Below are positions 36,841 to 47,182 of a stretch of 64,000 bases of DNA, in pieces; the first letter of the stretch is position 1; every line of letters begins with the position of its first letter. Source of the DNA: Vicugna vicugna (lineage: Eukaryota). The notes under the pieces were generated by a model. It worked only from the letters and a program-made list of their open reading frames with translations, searched no databases and was not told the DNA's origin. Location of the stretch: contig MU058252.1 of the NCBI GenBank assembly GCA_013265495.1, forward strand, positions 964,244 through 1,028,243. Reading direction: 5' to 3'. The translations under genes were made by a program, and so were the position numbers.

Positions 36841-37784
36841 CCTGAAAGATTACTATTTGGCATGTGAACCAAGTTACCAACATCAGAAGTCTCCAAACAG
36901 ACTCCTTTTAATGAAGTCATTAATACTTTGAATAACTGATGTAGGGCCCTAGAGTTTATGAAATTCTCACCTTTAGAGCATCTTTGTCCAGCAGATGTTT
37001 TTGGCAGCTCAGAACCAAAGTTTTCTCCTTTTTTATTAATTGAAGACAAAAATGGTCGGTCACCCAAGAGGCCACTGATTCACATCTACCAAAAGCAGTT
37101 TTGATATTACTTATCCAGGGGAACTAGCCTCATTTGACCAAATTTACTCATGGGATTTGAACCCACATCTTGAACAATGTCTTTGTCCCTGTTGAAGACG
37201 TGAGCCACTCTAGGATAGGGACAATGGATTCTTTCGGTGTGTCTCTGGTGTAGCCTGGCACAGATCTCAGTATGCAGACCCTGTAGCTGCTTCAACCGGG
37301 AGGTGCCTAAAGACAAAAAACAGTATCTTCTCCACCAAACATTCACGTTTTGCTTTGGCTTACAAATTCCTTTGTCTTGTACTAAGTGTTACAACCTTGA
37401 GTCAAATAAACAAAACACTGGTTTAGAATGGAAGCAGCCGGCTCATGGTCTATCAAATAAGGGGGTCCTCCTTGGATCTCAGCCAAGAGAAGGCCACCGC
37501 CTGACTACCAGATTTACTACCAGATTCAACCTCCTCCCCAACCTCATACCCCAGTCTTGGGCCCACAATAATCCTCCAAGCTTCAAGACAGCAGGCCATT
37601 AATTTCTAACGGGAATCTCTCAAATTACAGCCCAGCTTGTGAGTTTCCTAAGACAGCTGCCCACTTATGTGGGAAAAGCGTAGTACGTGGCTGTAGGGGG
37701 AAGTGCTGCTGGTACCCTGAGATGCTCAGGTCCAGAATGATAGTGGCAGTGAATTTGGAACCAGAGTGGACTGGGATTGAATTC

Positions 37785-39210
37785 TTTTTTTTTTTTTTTT
37801 GACATTTTAATTTTAGGCTGCAAAAACAAAAAGAAGCAAACGACAAAAAGCTTGAAGTAGGCTTGTCAAGTGATGTAAATTCATCCTGTCCAGGGAAGCA
37901 GAAGGCAGACCAGGGCAGGTTATCTTCCAGTCCGTGCACATCTTGCTTCACTGCTGCTTGTACTCTGCTGGGTTTCAATCCTTCTTTGGGTCATAATCTG
38001 GGCCATTTTCCTCATCTCCTTCTTTCCCCTCTTCATCGGCTTCTTCACCTTCATCATCATCATCATCTTCAGTAGCTTCTCCAGTAAAAGTGTAACACTG
38101 ACCTTGGGGTTATATGCTTGCATAAAAAGTGACCAATTTCAAAGTCCACAGCAAGGACAGCTTCAGCAGCAGCAACCAGATCTCCACTCTCAGGAACTTC
38201 TTGGGGGGGCTGCAGAAAAATTAGAGTCTTTAGAAACTGTTTTGGTCACAGTGCAAACTGTCCCATGTCCGTTGTATTTCTACTTCTCAATGGTTTTTAG
38301 AGTGACATTCTTCCCTTTCTTCCAATCTATCTGGCACCCTGTACAACCCATAATTTCTGGTCCATCCAAAGAAAAGGGATCAGAATTATCTGGTTCAACC
38401 TCATCCTATATATCTTTGTCAACACTTCATTTGTGAAATATTCATTGGGTTCAAAGTGAAATTCTAAGACAAAACTCGCAGGCTGGCTGGCATCTGAGAA
38501 CCTCCCTTTAGTATCTTTCAAGTGCTTCAGAATAGGTTCATCGAGTTCCTGAACCAGATCATTGAGCAAGTCAACATTCTTAAAAACAGTCAACGGAAAA
38601 TTCAGGAATTCCCTTGGGGTCGTCTTTTTCTTCATCTTTTTTCTCATCTCCAACCTTGGCCTTTTCTTTCAGCTCCTCTGAAATTTCATTTTCCTCATCT
38701 GGTTTCCATTCACGTTCTTCCATAGGTCTATAAATTGCATTAATAATCTCAAATCGCTCATCAAATAGAGACTGATGGAGACTAGCATTCTTTCTTTCAA
38801 GATTATGAACTTCCTCACGGAATTTGGCTTCTGTCTGTGCACATTTAACGTGGAGGTTTTTGAGAGCATTCACTCGTGTTTTAACTATCCTAGGCAAGCT
38901 TTCAGTGGATCCTGCTGGTGTTTCTGCCAGGCCATCAAGTCTTTCTTGAATGGCTGTGGGCGTCTGAGAATTTAGCATCATCTGAACAGTCAGCGCTTTG
39001 ATTTTTGTTTCTTCACCAGTTTCTCCCTCCTCTACTTCTCTAGCATCATCCAGACCTTGATCAAGTTGAGACCGTTCTTTGTTGCCAATGTCTGCCATGT
39101 TGTATGTACGAACACCAAATACCCGCAGCTAGCCCAGGGAGCTGCCCAGGTGTGACTTGGGGCAACAGTGGGAGGAGGGGAGGTGGCACCGCCAGCAGAT
39201 GGCGCTAAAA
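37785..39210 (-). pseudogene. NAP1L1: NAP1L1 processed pseudogene
   Basis: Intronless. MADIGNKERSQLDQ...KGIPEF / LTVFKNVDLL...FEPNEYFTNEVLTK... ATG at 39098, stop at 37948-37950. 5' UTR, short 3' UTR and poly-A (T run 37785-37800) present. Several frameshifts. Confidence 0.97.
39189..39207 (+). promoter_or_regulatory. Candidate CTCF site
   Basis: CCGCCAGCAGATGGCGCTA closely matches the CTCF core consensus; motif match only. Confidence 0.45.
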
Positions 39211-39327
39211 GGGTGGGGACTGGAGTCTTCTGCAGGGTTTTTAAGACAAGGAAGAGTCTAGGCTGGTAGGTGTGACCAATAGCGTATGGAGCAGCTTATA
39301 GTTAAGTCATGTGTTGGGAAGTTCTGT

Positions 39328-39770
39328 TTTTTAGAGCAGTTGAAGACACATCATAACTACTCATAACCACTCAAAGCATGTAGTTTACATTAGGGTTCAC
39401 TCTTGGTGGTGTGCATCCCATAGGTTTGGACACCTGTGTAATGACATGTATCCATCATTAGATTATGCAGAGTATTTTCATTGACCTAAACATCCTCTGT
39501 GCTTCACCCGTCTCCTCCAACCTCAGCTGCTGGAAACCAGTGATCTCTCTATCGCCTCTATAGTTTTGCCTTTTCCATAATGTCAGAGTTGTAATCATAC
39601 AGTAGGTAGCTTATTCAAGTTTTCTTCTTTCACTTAATATGCATTTAAGTTTCCTCTATGATTTTTCATGGCCTAATAGCTAGTTTCTTTAGTGCTGAGT
39701 AATATTCCATTGTCTGTGTGTACTGCAGGTTATCAGTCCATCCACCTGCTGAAGGACATCTTGGTTGCTG
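39328..39770 (-). mobile_element. Old L1 3' end (L1MB/MC-like)
   Basis: tagtttacattagggttcactcttggtg...gaaggacatcttggttgc. Confidence 0.85.
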
Positions 39771-39984
39771 CAGATGGCTTCTGAGATGAGGAATTCTTTT
39801 CTCCTAAGTCTTAAGTGGAAGCTGATTATGTAAATCAGAATAAAGGCAGAGATGTTCTCATTGAAGGAGAAATAGTTTCCCTTCGACCCACACCCCTCCC
39901 AGGATCCAGAAGCACCTAGGGTAAGTCCCAAAGAACCCAAAGGAAGTTGGAATGTAGCCCCTAGCTGGGTGGCCATGGGCTAAA

Positions 39985-40460
39985 CAAAAACTATTATATT
40001 TTAGAAGTTTCATGTTTAACTGGATTTGTTAAGTTTGAGATGCTTAGACAGTTGGATAAATGAGTTTGGAAATCAGTGGAGAGGTAGGACTTGGAGATAT
40101 GAATTTGGGTGTCAGTGGCAACCAAATGATATTTGACTCTCTTGGGATCATTGAGATGACCTGGGAGAAAGTGTAAATAAAGGCTGATGGAGGATCCAGG
40201 ACTGAACCACACAGCACTCCGACTGTAGAGGTTGAGAAAATGAGGGAGATCCAGCAAAGAAGACTCAAAGGAGAGTAAGCTTCAGGCAAGCCAAGCTGAG
40301 AGACTGCTTCAAAAAGGAGGAGTGATCCACTGTGCCCTGTCTGCTGAGAGGCAACAGACGAGGACATAATAGTGACAGTTGGATTCAGCAGGTGTTCACT
40401 GATGACTTTGTTGAGTGCAGTCCAGTGAAGTGAAGATCAGACTGATTTGAAGAGTGTAGA
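39985..40460 (-). mobile_element. LINE-2 fragment
   Basis: gttaagtttgagatgc...ggagatatgaatttgggtgtca. Confidence 0.75.
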
Positions 40461-41282
40461 GTAGTGTATTATTAGATTACGCGGGGATAACGAATCATCC
40501 TTGAAATCCCAAGGGCTTAACAAAACAAAAGTTTATATGTTGTTTAAATAAGCCTCCTGTGCATCTGGTGTCTTGTAACCATGCCAGGTCACTCTCTGCA
40601 GGACAGGCGAGAAGGAGGGGGGACCTCTTTTTCACTCTTAAATCCCCTGGACCACAGCCTTTGGACCAGAGTTAGGAGCCTGGCTCCATCTAAGGTGAAA
40701 AGGCTGCACATCTTCCTGTGAGCCCAGCAATGGGGGGAGAGCCAGCCCCAGAGACCCCCTGTAACTTTCACCACAGGGAGTAATGGATGTGAGGGATGGA
40801 GACGGTGACCGTGGAGACCTCTTCCAAAATTTTCAAAGAGAACAGTGGCTGGAAGGGGACAGAGTGTCAAGGGAGGGTATTTTAGAGATGCTCCTGGAAA
40901 GGGATCCATGGAGAGGGAGAAATTGATGATGCAGGGAGACGAGGTAAATGAAACCTGAGGTCAGCCGTCGAGAAGGCAAGAGGGTGGGGCTCTGAGCACA
41001 AGAGGAGGTTTGCTTCCAGGAGGAGCAGGGACGTTTTTTCTTTTCTAACAGAGGGAAGGCAGAGTGTGTACGTACAGATATTGGTAGTTGGTGGAATAGG
41101 CAGTTGGGAAAAATGATGTAGTTCTCATCTGAGTGCTTCCCAGTTCTCAGCCATCACCAGCTGAGAATGAGGGAGGGCGGGGAGGCTGGAGGTCAGAGAA
41201 GAAAGGTGAAGGGTGGCTGGCACACCTCTGCCTGCTCATAATTCCAAACAGGCTTCTGTCTGGGACCCCTCTTCTGCCTCAC

Positions 41283-41499
41283 TTCAGATACTCTTGGCCT
41301 CGCCCGGTCTTGTCCTTGCTGTCGTGGGGGTGACTGGTTCTGTGATGAGGTCCAACTGGTTCATGACTGACAGACCTCGTCTCTGATCCCTTTTGTCCAT
41401 CTTGTCTCCTGGCCTGGTGAGTCCCCTTAGTGCTGTGAATACCCAACTCAGAATTGTGGCAGAGCTGACAAACCTTCCCCTGCTGGAAAACCAGATCTC
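41283..41499 (-). pseudogene. Pseudo-exon (217 nt)
   Basis: gtatttctccag| GDLVFQQGKVCQLCHNSE..., open from phase 1, |gtgagg. Confidence 0.5.
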
Positions 41500-41554
41500 C
41501 TGGAGAAATACGCCTCCTTCTTCTACTCCTGCAGACAGTCCTGACTATGGTTTC

Positions 41555-42445
41555 TAGGTGTTCATATATGTTCTCCCATCCTGTGGGTTGCCTTTTCACT
41601 GTTGATTGTGTCCTTTGATGCATGGAAGTTTTAATTTGTGATGTGGTCCGAGTTACCTGGTTTTTTCTTTCATTGCCTGTACTTTGGGGTCATATCCAAG
41701 AAATCATCACCAAACCTAATGTCATGAAGCTTTCTCCCTGTTCTAAGCATTTTTGTAGTTTTGTCTCCTAACACTTAGGTCTTTGATCCATTCTGAGTGG
41801 AAAGAACCCAAATGATTATCAACTGATGAATGGATAAACAAAATGTGGTGTTTTCATACAATGGATTATGATTTGGGCATTAGAAGGGAATGAAGTACTG
41901 ACACGTGCTGCAATGTGGAGGCTCCTTGAAAACATGGTGCTCAGTGAAAGAAGCCAGATACAAAAGCCGTGTGTTGTACAATTCTGTTTACATGAAATGT
42001 CCAGGATACACAAATTCGCTGGGACAGAGAGTGGATGTGGTTGACGGAGGCAGGGGAGGAGGGGAAACGGGAGTGACTGCTGGGCGTTATAAGGTTTCTT
42101 TCTTTTATTTTTTAATTTTATTTATTTGGTTTGTAGGGTTTTTTGTTTGTTTTTTTGAGGGGGAGGTAATTGGGTTAATTTATTTAGTTATTTTAATGGA
42201 GGTACTGGGGATTGAACTCAGGACCTCGTGCATGCTAAGCATGTGCTCTAACCATTGTCTAACCACTGAACTATATCCTCCCCGCCATGGAGTTTCTTTT
42301 TAAGCTGATGAAGATGTTCTGAAATTACATAGTGGTGATGGTCACACAGCTTTGTGAGTATACTTAAAAAAAAAACACTTGACAGTCTACTTTAAAAGGA
42401 TGAATTTTGTGGTATGAGAATTATATCCTAATAAAAAATAAATTA
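41555..42445 (+). mobile_element. L1 with an inverted 5' segment
   Basis: Antisense L1 piece 41555-41795 abuts a sense L1 3' end 41800-42445. Confidence 0.7.
42102..42283 (-). mobile_element. Camelid SINE nested in L1
   Basis: Antisense head and tail; decayed TSD ...gtttcttt. Confidence 0.9.
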
Positions 42446-42995
42446 AAATAAAATAAAATTCTAACCGTAGTATAAGCACCTTTCTCAGAAAGATTTGACT
42501 TTATTACAATGAACCAACCATGTAATGCTTGCAAACCTCCCATGATAAATTTGTCCACAAATGGAGCCAGCTCACCTTTTCCTCCTTCATGTCGCTCAGT
42601 CATTTCACTGCTTTTCATTCTATTATGTGTACAAGCACAATTTATCCATTCTCCTGCTGGTGGCATTTGGGTTGTTCCCAGCTGCGGGCTACTATGAATA
42701 AAAGCTTCCTTTTTAATACTAATATTAGTATAAAAGGACAAAGAAGGACCCTCCCCTTGAGCCTGTCCAAAGGCGATTCGAAATCATGCTTGCAAGTCAC
42801 TTTGGCCATCAGATCTGCCCTGGGAGAGGTAGCAGAAGCCCAGCCCAGCCCCTGGCATCTCACGTACTTTGAAGCAGAGGCTGGTCCCAGCAGAACACTG
42901 AGTCAGCCTCCTCTGTGGGGAAGAAGGGTCGGATCTGCTCAGGCATGTAAGAAAGAAGAAATTTCACAAGCATTGGGCTGAATTCACAGACTCAC

Positions 42996-43059
42996 ATCTA
43001 AATGTTGAGTAATATTGAGTAAAAAAATTAAAAGGCAGCCAAATAACCGTCTGGTTCAT
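42996..43059 (-). pseudogene. Putative first coding (signal-peptide) pseudo-exon
   Basis: AGGATGA start context; 64 nt to a phase-1 donor gtgagt; reads MNQTVIWLP..., shifted frame RLFGCLLIFLLNITQHL. Confidence 0.45.
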
Positions 43060-43289
43060 CCTTAAGTCTCTTCAGGTGTTCTGAGTGCATCTTCATTTTC
43101 TTAAGTGTATTTCAGAAGAGCCGCAGTGAGGCTTGCCCTAGAGAAGACTAGGATTTCGACTTGAGAATACGAGGCTTTTCCTGTTTCCTCAGCTGAGGAA
43201 GGAGGATTCTAAGACTTTCTGGAAAGACCCCTTGAATTTTGGAATTCCTGGCTTCTGCCTGCTGATTAGTTCTCCCAGGCAGAGGCCTG

Positions 43290-43542
43290 GGGCTGGGAGG
43301 CCCTGTGTGATGTCACAGAGCTTTGTGAGGCAGCCTGAGGCTTGGTTTGAGCAGGACCATGTAGGCAGGGCACCCAGCACAATCAAGTAGTTGCTCAGAA
43401 TCCAAGCACCATACAGTCAGCCACTGGGAAAAAAATTCCATCTTTGCGATCCTTCAGTGTAGACCCTTGCCTGATTCCTCCTGAAGCTCAACCTGCAGAA
43501 CACATCACCTCAAAGCAGCCAGTGCAGGCAATTCAGTGGTAG
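43290..43542 (+). promoter_or_regulatory. GALNTL5: Candidate GALNTL5 promoter and non-coding exon 1
   Basis: CRE-like TGATGTCA at 43308-43315 inside the near-palindrome TGTGATGTCACA; donors GTAGGT (43539) and GTGGGT (43543). The ATG exon has an acceptor, so an upstream exon is required. Confidence 0.45.
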
Positions 43543-43886
43543 GTGGGTGAGGTCAGTGCTGAAAAGTGGGAAGGACGAAGTGAAGGGTGGGGTTCCTTCC
43601 ACCTAGAATCAGTGGGAGCAAAGCATGAGATCACTGAATCTTGAGCGGGATGCTGGCTCTGCAGATTAGGATTAAGAAGATTTTTCAGCCTGGGTTATGC
43701 CACCCTGGAGTCCCACCAGGCATCATCGTAACCTTAGTTCTTAAGCATCAGGGCCAGGTCTCATTGTAGACCATCAAGGTCCACCCCATGCGCTTCCTAA
43801 GATTTATCCATCATGAATGTATTACTTATTCAAAAAACTAAATAGAAAAAAAAACTCTTCATAGTATCAGAAAATCATAGGTCTTG

Positions 43887-43965
43887 GGGGAGGGTATGAC
43901 TCAGTGGTAGAGCATGTGCTTAGCATGCATGAGCTCCTGGGTTTAAAAAATTTTTTTAAAAAGAA
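43887..43965 (+). mobile_element. Camelid SINE (short)
   Basis: TSD agaaaatcataggtcttg / agaaagtcatagatcttg. Confidence 0.88.
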
Positions 43966-44976
43966 AGAAAGTCATAGATCTTGTCTTGAGATTGTCCTAG
44001 GAAAGCAAAGGGTTACAAATACTGATTATTTGCAGAAAAATTTGTTGTGACATTATCTAAAGCATGGTCATGTGTTCCTGACTCTAAAATCTTACATTTT
44101 AAAACTCAGTGACTGTAAATCCAGATTTTGTGTGGGGTTTTGGTTTCTCGGTGTGTGCGTATATTAGTGATTATTGGCAACATTCTTTTTTGATTTAATG
44201 GATTCTTTTCATTAACTCTCAGGATTGTTCTTTTTTTTAATGCATTTAAAATTTTATTTGCTATACATACAAATTATCATTGAAATATGTTTTACAAATT
44301 AATTCTGTGTTTTTCTAGCATGTGAGTTCCATGTATTTTAGTGAAGAAAACAATTGAACATGATTTTCTTCTGAGGATACAGAGTTGAAAAGCTAATCAC
44401 AGACGCACGGGTCTTGGTAGGAGAAGCCTTCTGTGTTTTGTGGGGGTCTGGAGGAAGGTGTGAGGAGGGAGGGGCGTGAGGTGCATATTCTGGAGAACTG
44501 GGGTGAGCTCTGCTTTAAGAAAATGTAATATAAGAAAACTTATATTAGTCACATAAGAAAATTGGAGCGAGGGTTATTTTCATAAGAGTTCACCTCTAAA
44601 GAAAATTTCCCCTCAATGTTTTAAATATAGTAGAATCCCTCCAGAGAATATGGATTTATTATTACTACTAATATTATTATTATTAACAACAAAATATTAC
44701 TACTGTGTTTACTTCTCAGCAATAATTCTATTGTATGAATTCATGTGTTTACTTTGTATATTAAGTGTGCTTGCCTCCCCTCACCTATTTTCTCCTTTAA
44801 CTGGTTTCTAATTGCTTTGGGGGTTTGGAGAAAGTCAAACAGAAGTCTCTCAAAATTGAGACGTTTATTAGGAAGACGTGGTGATAACATAAGTTAAAAC
44901 AGCTTCATTCTCTTTTCAGTTGTTTCAACCCACCATTTCCCCTAGTTAGACATTATCTTCTCTTATACATTTGAGG

Positions 44977-45360
44977 CTTTTTCTTTTTCTTTTTTTTTAA
45001 TTAAGATACAATCAGTTACCATGTGTCCATTTCCAGTGTACAGCACAGTGTCCCAGTCATGCATGTACATACATGTATTTGTTTTCAGATTCTTTTTCAT
45101 TAAGGGTTATTACAAGATATTGAACATAGTTCCCTGTGCTATACAGAAGAAAGTTTTTTAAAATCTATTTTTATATATAGTGGCTAACATTTGTAAATCT
45201 CAAACTCCCAGATTTATCCCTTCTGACCCCCTTTTCCCGGTAACTATAAGGTTGTTTACTATGTCTGTGAGTCTGTTTCTGTTTTGTAAATGAGTTCATA
45301 GTGTCCTTTTTTTTTCCTTTTTTTTTTAGGTTCCACATATGAGTGATATCATATGGCATT
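44977..45360 (-). mobile_element. Lineage-specific L1 3' end
   Basis: Reverse complement of the same 3' UTR seen at 62320 and 63360. Confidence 0.9.
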
Positions 45361-46414
45361 TTTCTTTTTTGAGAAAAAGCCTCAATTGTATATTTATAAA
45401 TTTATAGTTCATAAATACAAATATATTTATATTTATACAATTGAGACTGTTTCTTTGCGTAACCAGATACGTCACTTTTCAAGTGTTACTCATCCACTCA
45501 ATGAGCCATTGTTGTGCAACTGGGATCATTGTCAGGGTGTTAATCCTAAATCCTGGGAGAATGCTCCCATGAGAATCAACCTCCCGAATCCATAGTCCTC
45601 AGGACTCAGCCCAGGCACGGGCCCCTGACCTCGCTGGGTGGGATGCCCAGGTCCTGCGGTTCCTCGGGGAGCTCACTTTCCTCCCTGAGCCGGCCTAGCG
45701 CCTTCCCGGCCCAGCTATGTGGTAACTTGGCCCTAGCTGTTGACCTGGGGGTCAGGAGGGGACTTGGGAGGTGACCTGAAGGAGGGCAGGTGTTGCCTTT
45801 TGAAGTGGAGGCCCCTGCGTCCCCTCAAGCAGAGGGGGAGGGCTGATCTTTGGTGGGAGGAGTGGCCATCGCTGTAGGCCCAGAGGCTCCCCGTGGGTCT
45901 GGGGCTCACACTCCACCCTGAGGCTCAGAGCCTCCCTCCTTCCCGGGACTGCAGGCGAGGCAGGTGAGAATCAGCCTTCCCTTGCCTGCAGCTCCCCGCC
46001 CTTGTCATCAAGCCTCTTCAGTTGTAGGGATGAGTCTATACGCGGCTAAGGGGGCCCTCTGACTCAGGTATTTTGCCCTAACTTGGTGACTATTAGCCCT
46101 CAGCCTTTCACTACTTTTCTCAGATGCTGCCACAGCATCGGACCACAGCCATGTTGACTCCATGATATTTATAATTACCCCTCCCTGCCCTCATCTCTCA
46201 GCGTGCCAACCAGAGCACTCCCGCCTTCCAGTGTTCCACCCAGGCCACCGCGGTGGAGTTTTAATGAGCGCACTGCTTCAGCTGGCCGGGAGCTTTCAGA
46301 ATGCCACCTGTCCACCAGCAGCGGGGTCCTCAGGGAAGCCAGCGCGGGGGGACTCAACCCCCAAATCCCATTTCAGACTCTGTTTCCCAGGACCACCTCC
46401 ACTACCAACTGCGG

Positions 46415-46795
46415 GAGGTTGAGTTTCCCAGAAAACAGACTCAGAGACTGAGATTTGCATGTAAGTGCTTTACTGACGTGGGTTTGGGTTTCCAAAGTGA
46501 GGGAAGCGGTGGGACTGGGATGTGTTTGCAAGAGGGACCTTGCCAGTCCCATGGGCAGCTCTGGGCTGGGGCCTTCAGAGTCCTCCCAGCCTGAGACGAG
46601 AGGTTTCCGCCCCCGGACCAGTCTTTGAAGGTGAGTTCCCTGAGCGGGGGCGAGCCTTGGGCGAAGCAGCCGGCCTCAGCCGAAGGCCGCTCTGGGGCAG
46701 GGGCTCGGCTGTGAGCCGGCGGCAGCCAGCCCCCCAGCGGTAGGGGCAGTGGGGGCCCCAGTCCGGGGGGGGTGATGCCGTGAGCCACACACACT
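46415..46795 (-). mobile_element. ERVL LTR (LTR16/LTR33-like), unusually CpG-rich
   Basis: gagtttcccagaaaacagactcagagactgagatttgcatg end signature. Confidence 0.6.
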
Positions 46796-47049
46796 GCTGC
46801 CCAAGCCAGCGGACCCAGGTGTGCTCGGGCTCTTTGTGGTGGTTTGACGCCACGGAATTGTTACGAGTACTGGTTTCTGCCCAGCAGGTTGGTCTCCTGC
46901 GTGAACAGGGGCGGTACGAGCTCGCGGGCCGTACGAGCTCATGGTACGAGCTGTGCAGGCCGGCTCTCCGGAGGGCCGCGGCCGGAGCTGCGGGAGCCGG
47001 CTCCTTCCTCGCTTCCGAGGACAGGACGGACGAAAGTGAGAGATGGGGT

Positions 47050-47182
47050 TGGGGAGGGGGAGTTAGGAGTCTGGGATTGGCAGGTGCAGACTACTATATA
47101 TGAGCTCGGTGAACAGCAAGGTCCTGTGTAGAGCACAGGGGACTGTATTCAACACCTCGTAACAGCCTGTAACAATAAAAAA
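47050..47182 (+). mobile_element. L1 3' UTR fragment (GC-shifted)
   Basis: Aligns to 27174-27308 and 63583-63716. Confidence 0.85.

Larger units (their letters stand above)
35727..39979 (-). pseudogene. Large pseudo-exon (~1.9 kb native) interrupted by two L1s and the NAP1L1 retrocopy
   Basis: gtttttgtttag| at 39980 and AGG|gtgagg at 35726. ORFs 37107-37346 and 36819-37067 share a frame; 121-codon ORF at 35943-36308. Could be several exons. Confidence 0.42.
1..43137 (-). pseudogene. Large multi-exon decayed gene (putative unitary pseudogene of a secreted/mucin-like protein); 3' end runs off the window
   Basis: Same-strand chain of AG...GT-bounded, stop-poor segments, mostly phase 1. Signal-peptide-like first coding exon and Ser/Thr/Pro-rich translations. 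Scattered stops, frameshifts and TE insertions inside exons. Confidence 0.62.

Noticed and set aside
29960..37420. + strand retrocopy or endogenous viral element
   Set aside because: The + frames are stop-rich and unrecognisable, with no poly-A/TSD. The - strand splice sites and open frames fit the multi-exon pseudogene better.
38580..39098. 172-aa NAP1L1 ORF as a functional retrogene
   Set aside because: Many non-conservative changes, a frameshift at GIPEF and further disablements downstream.
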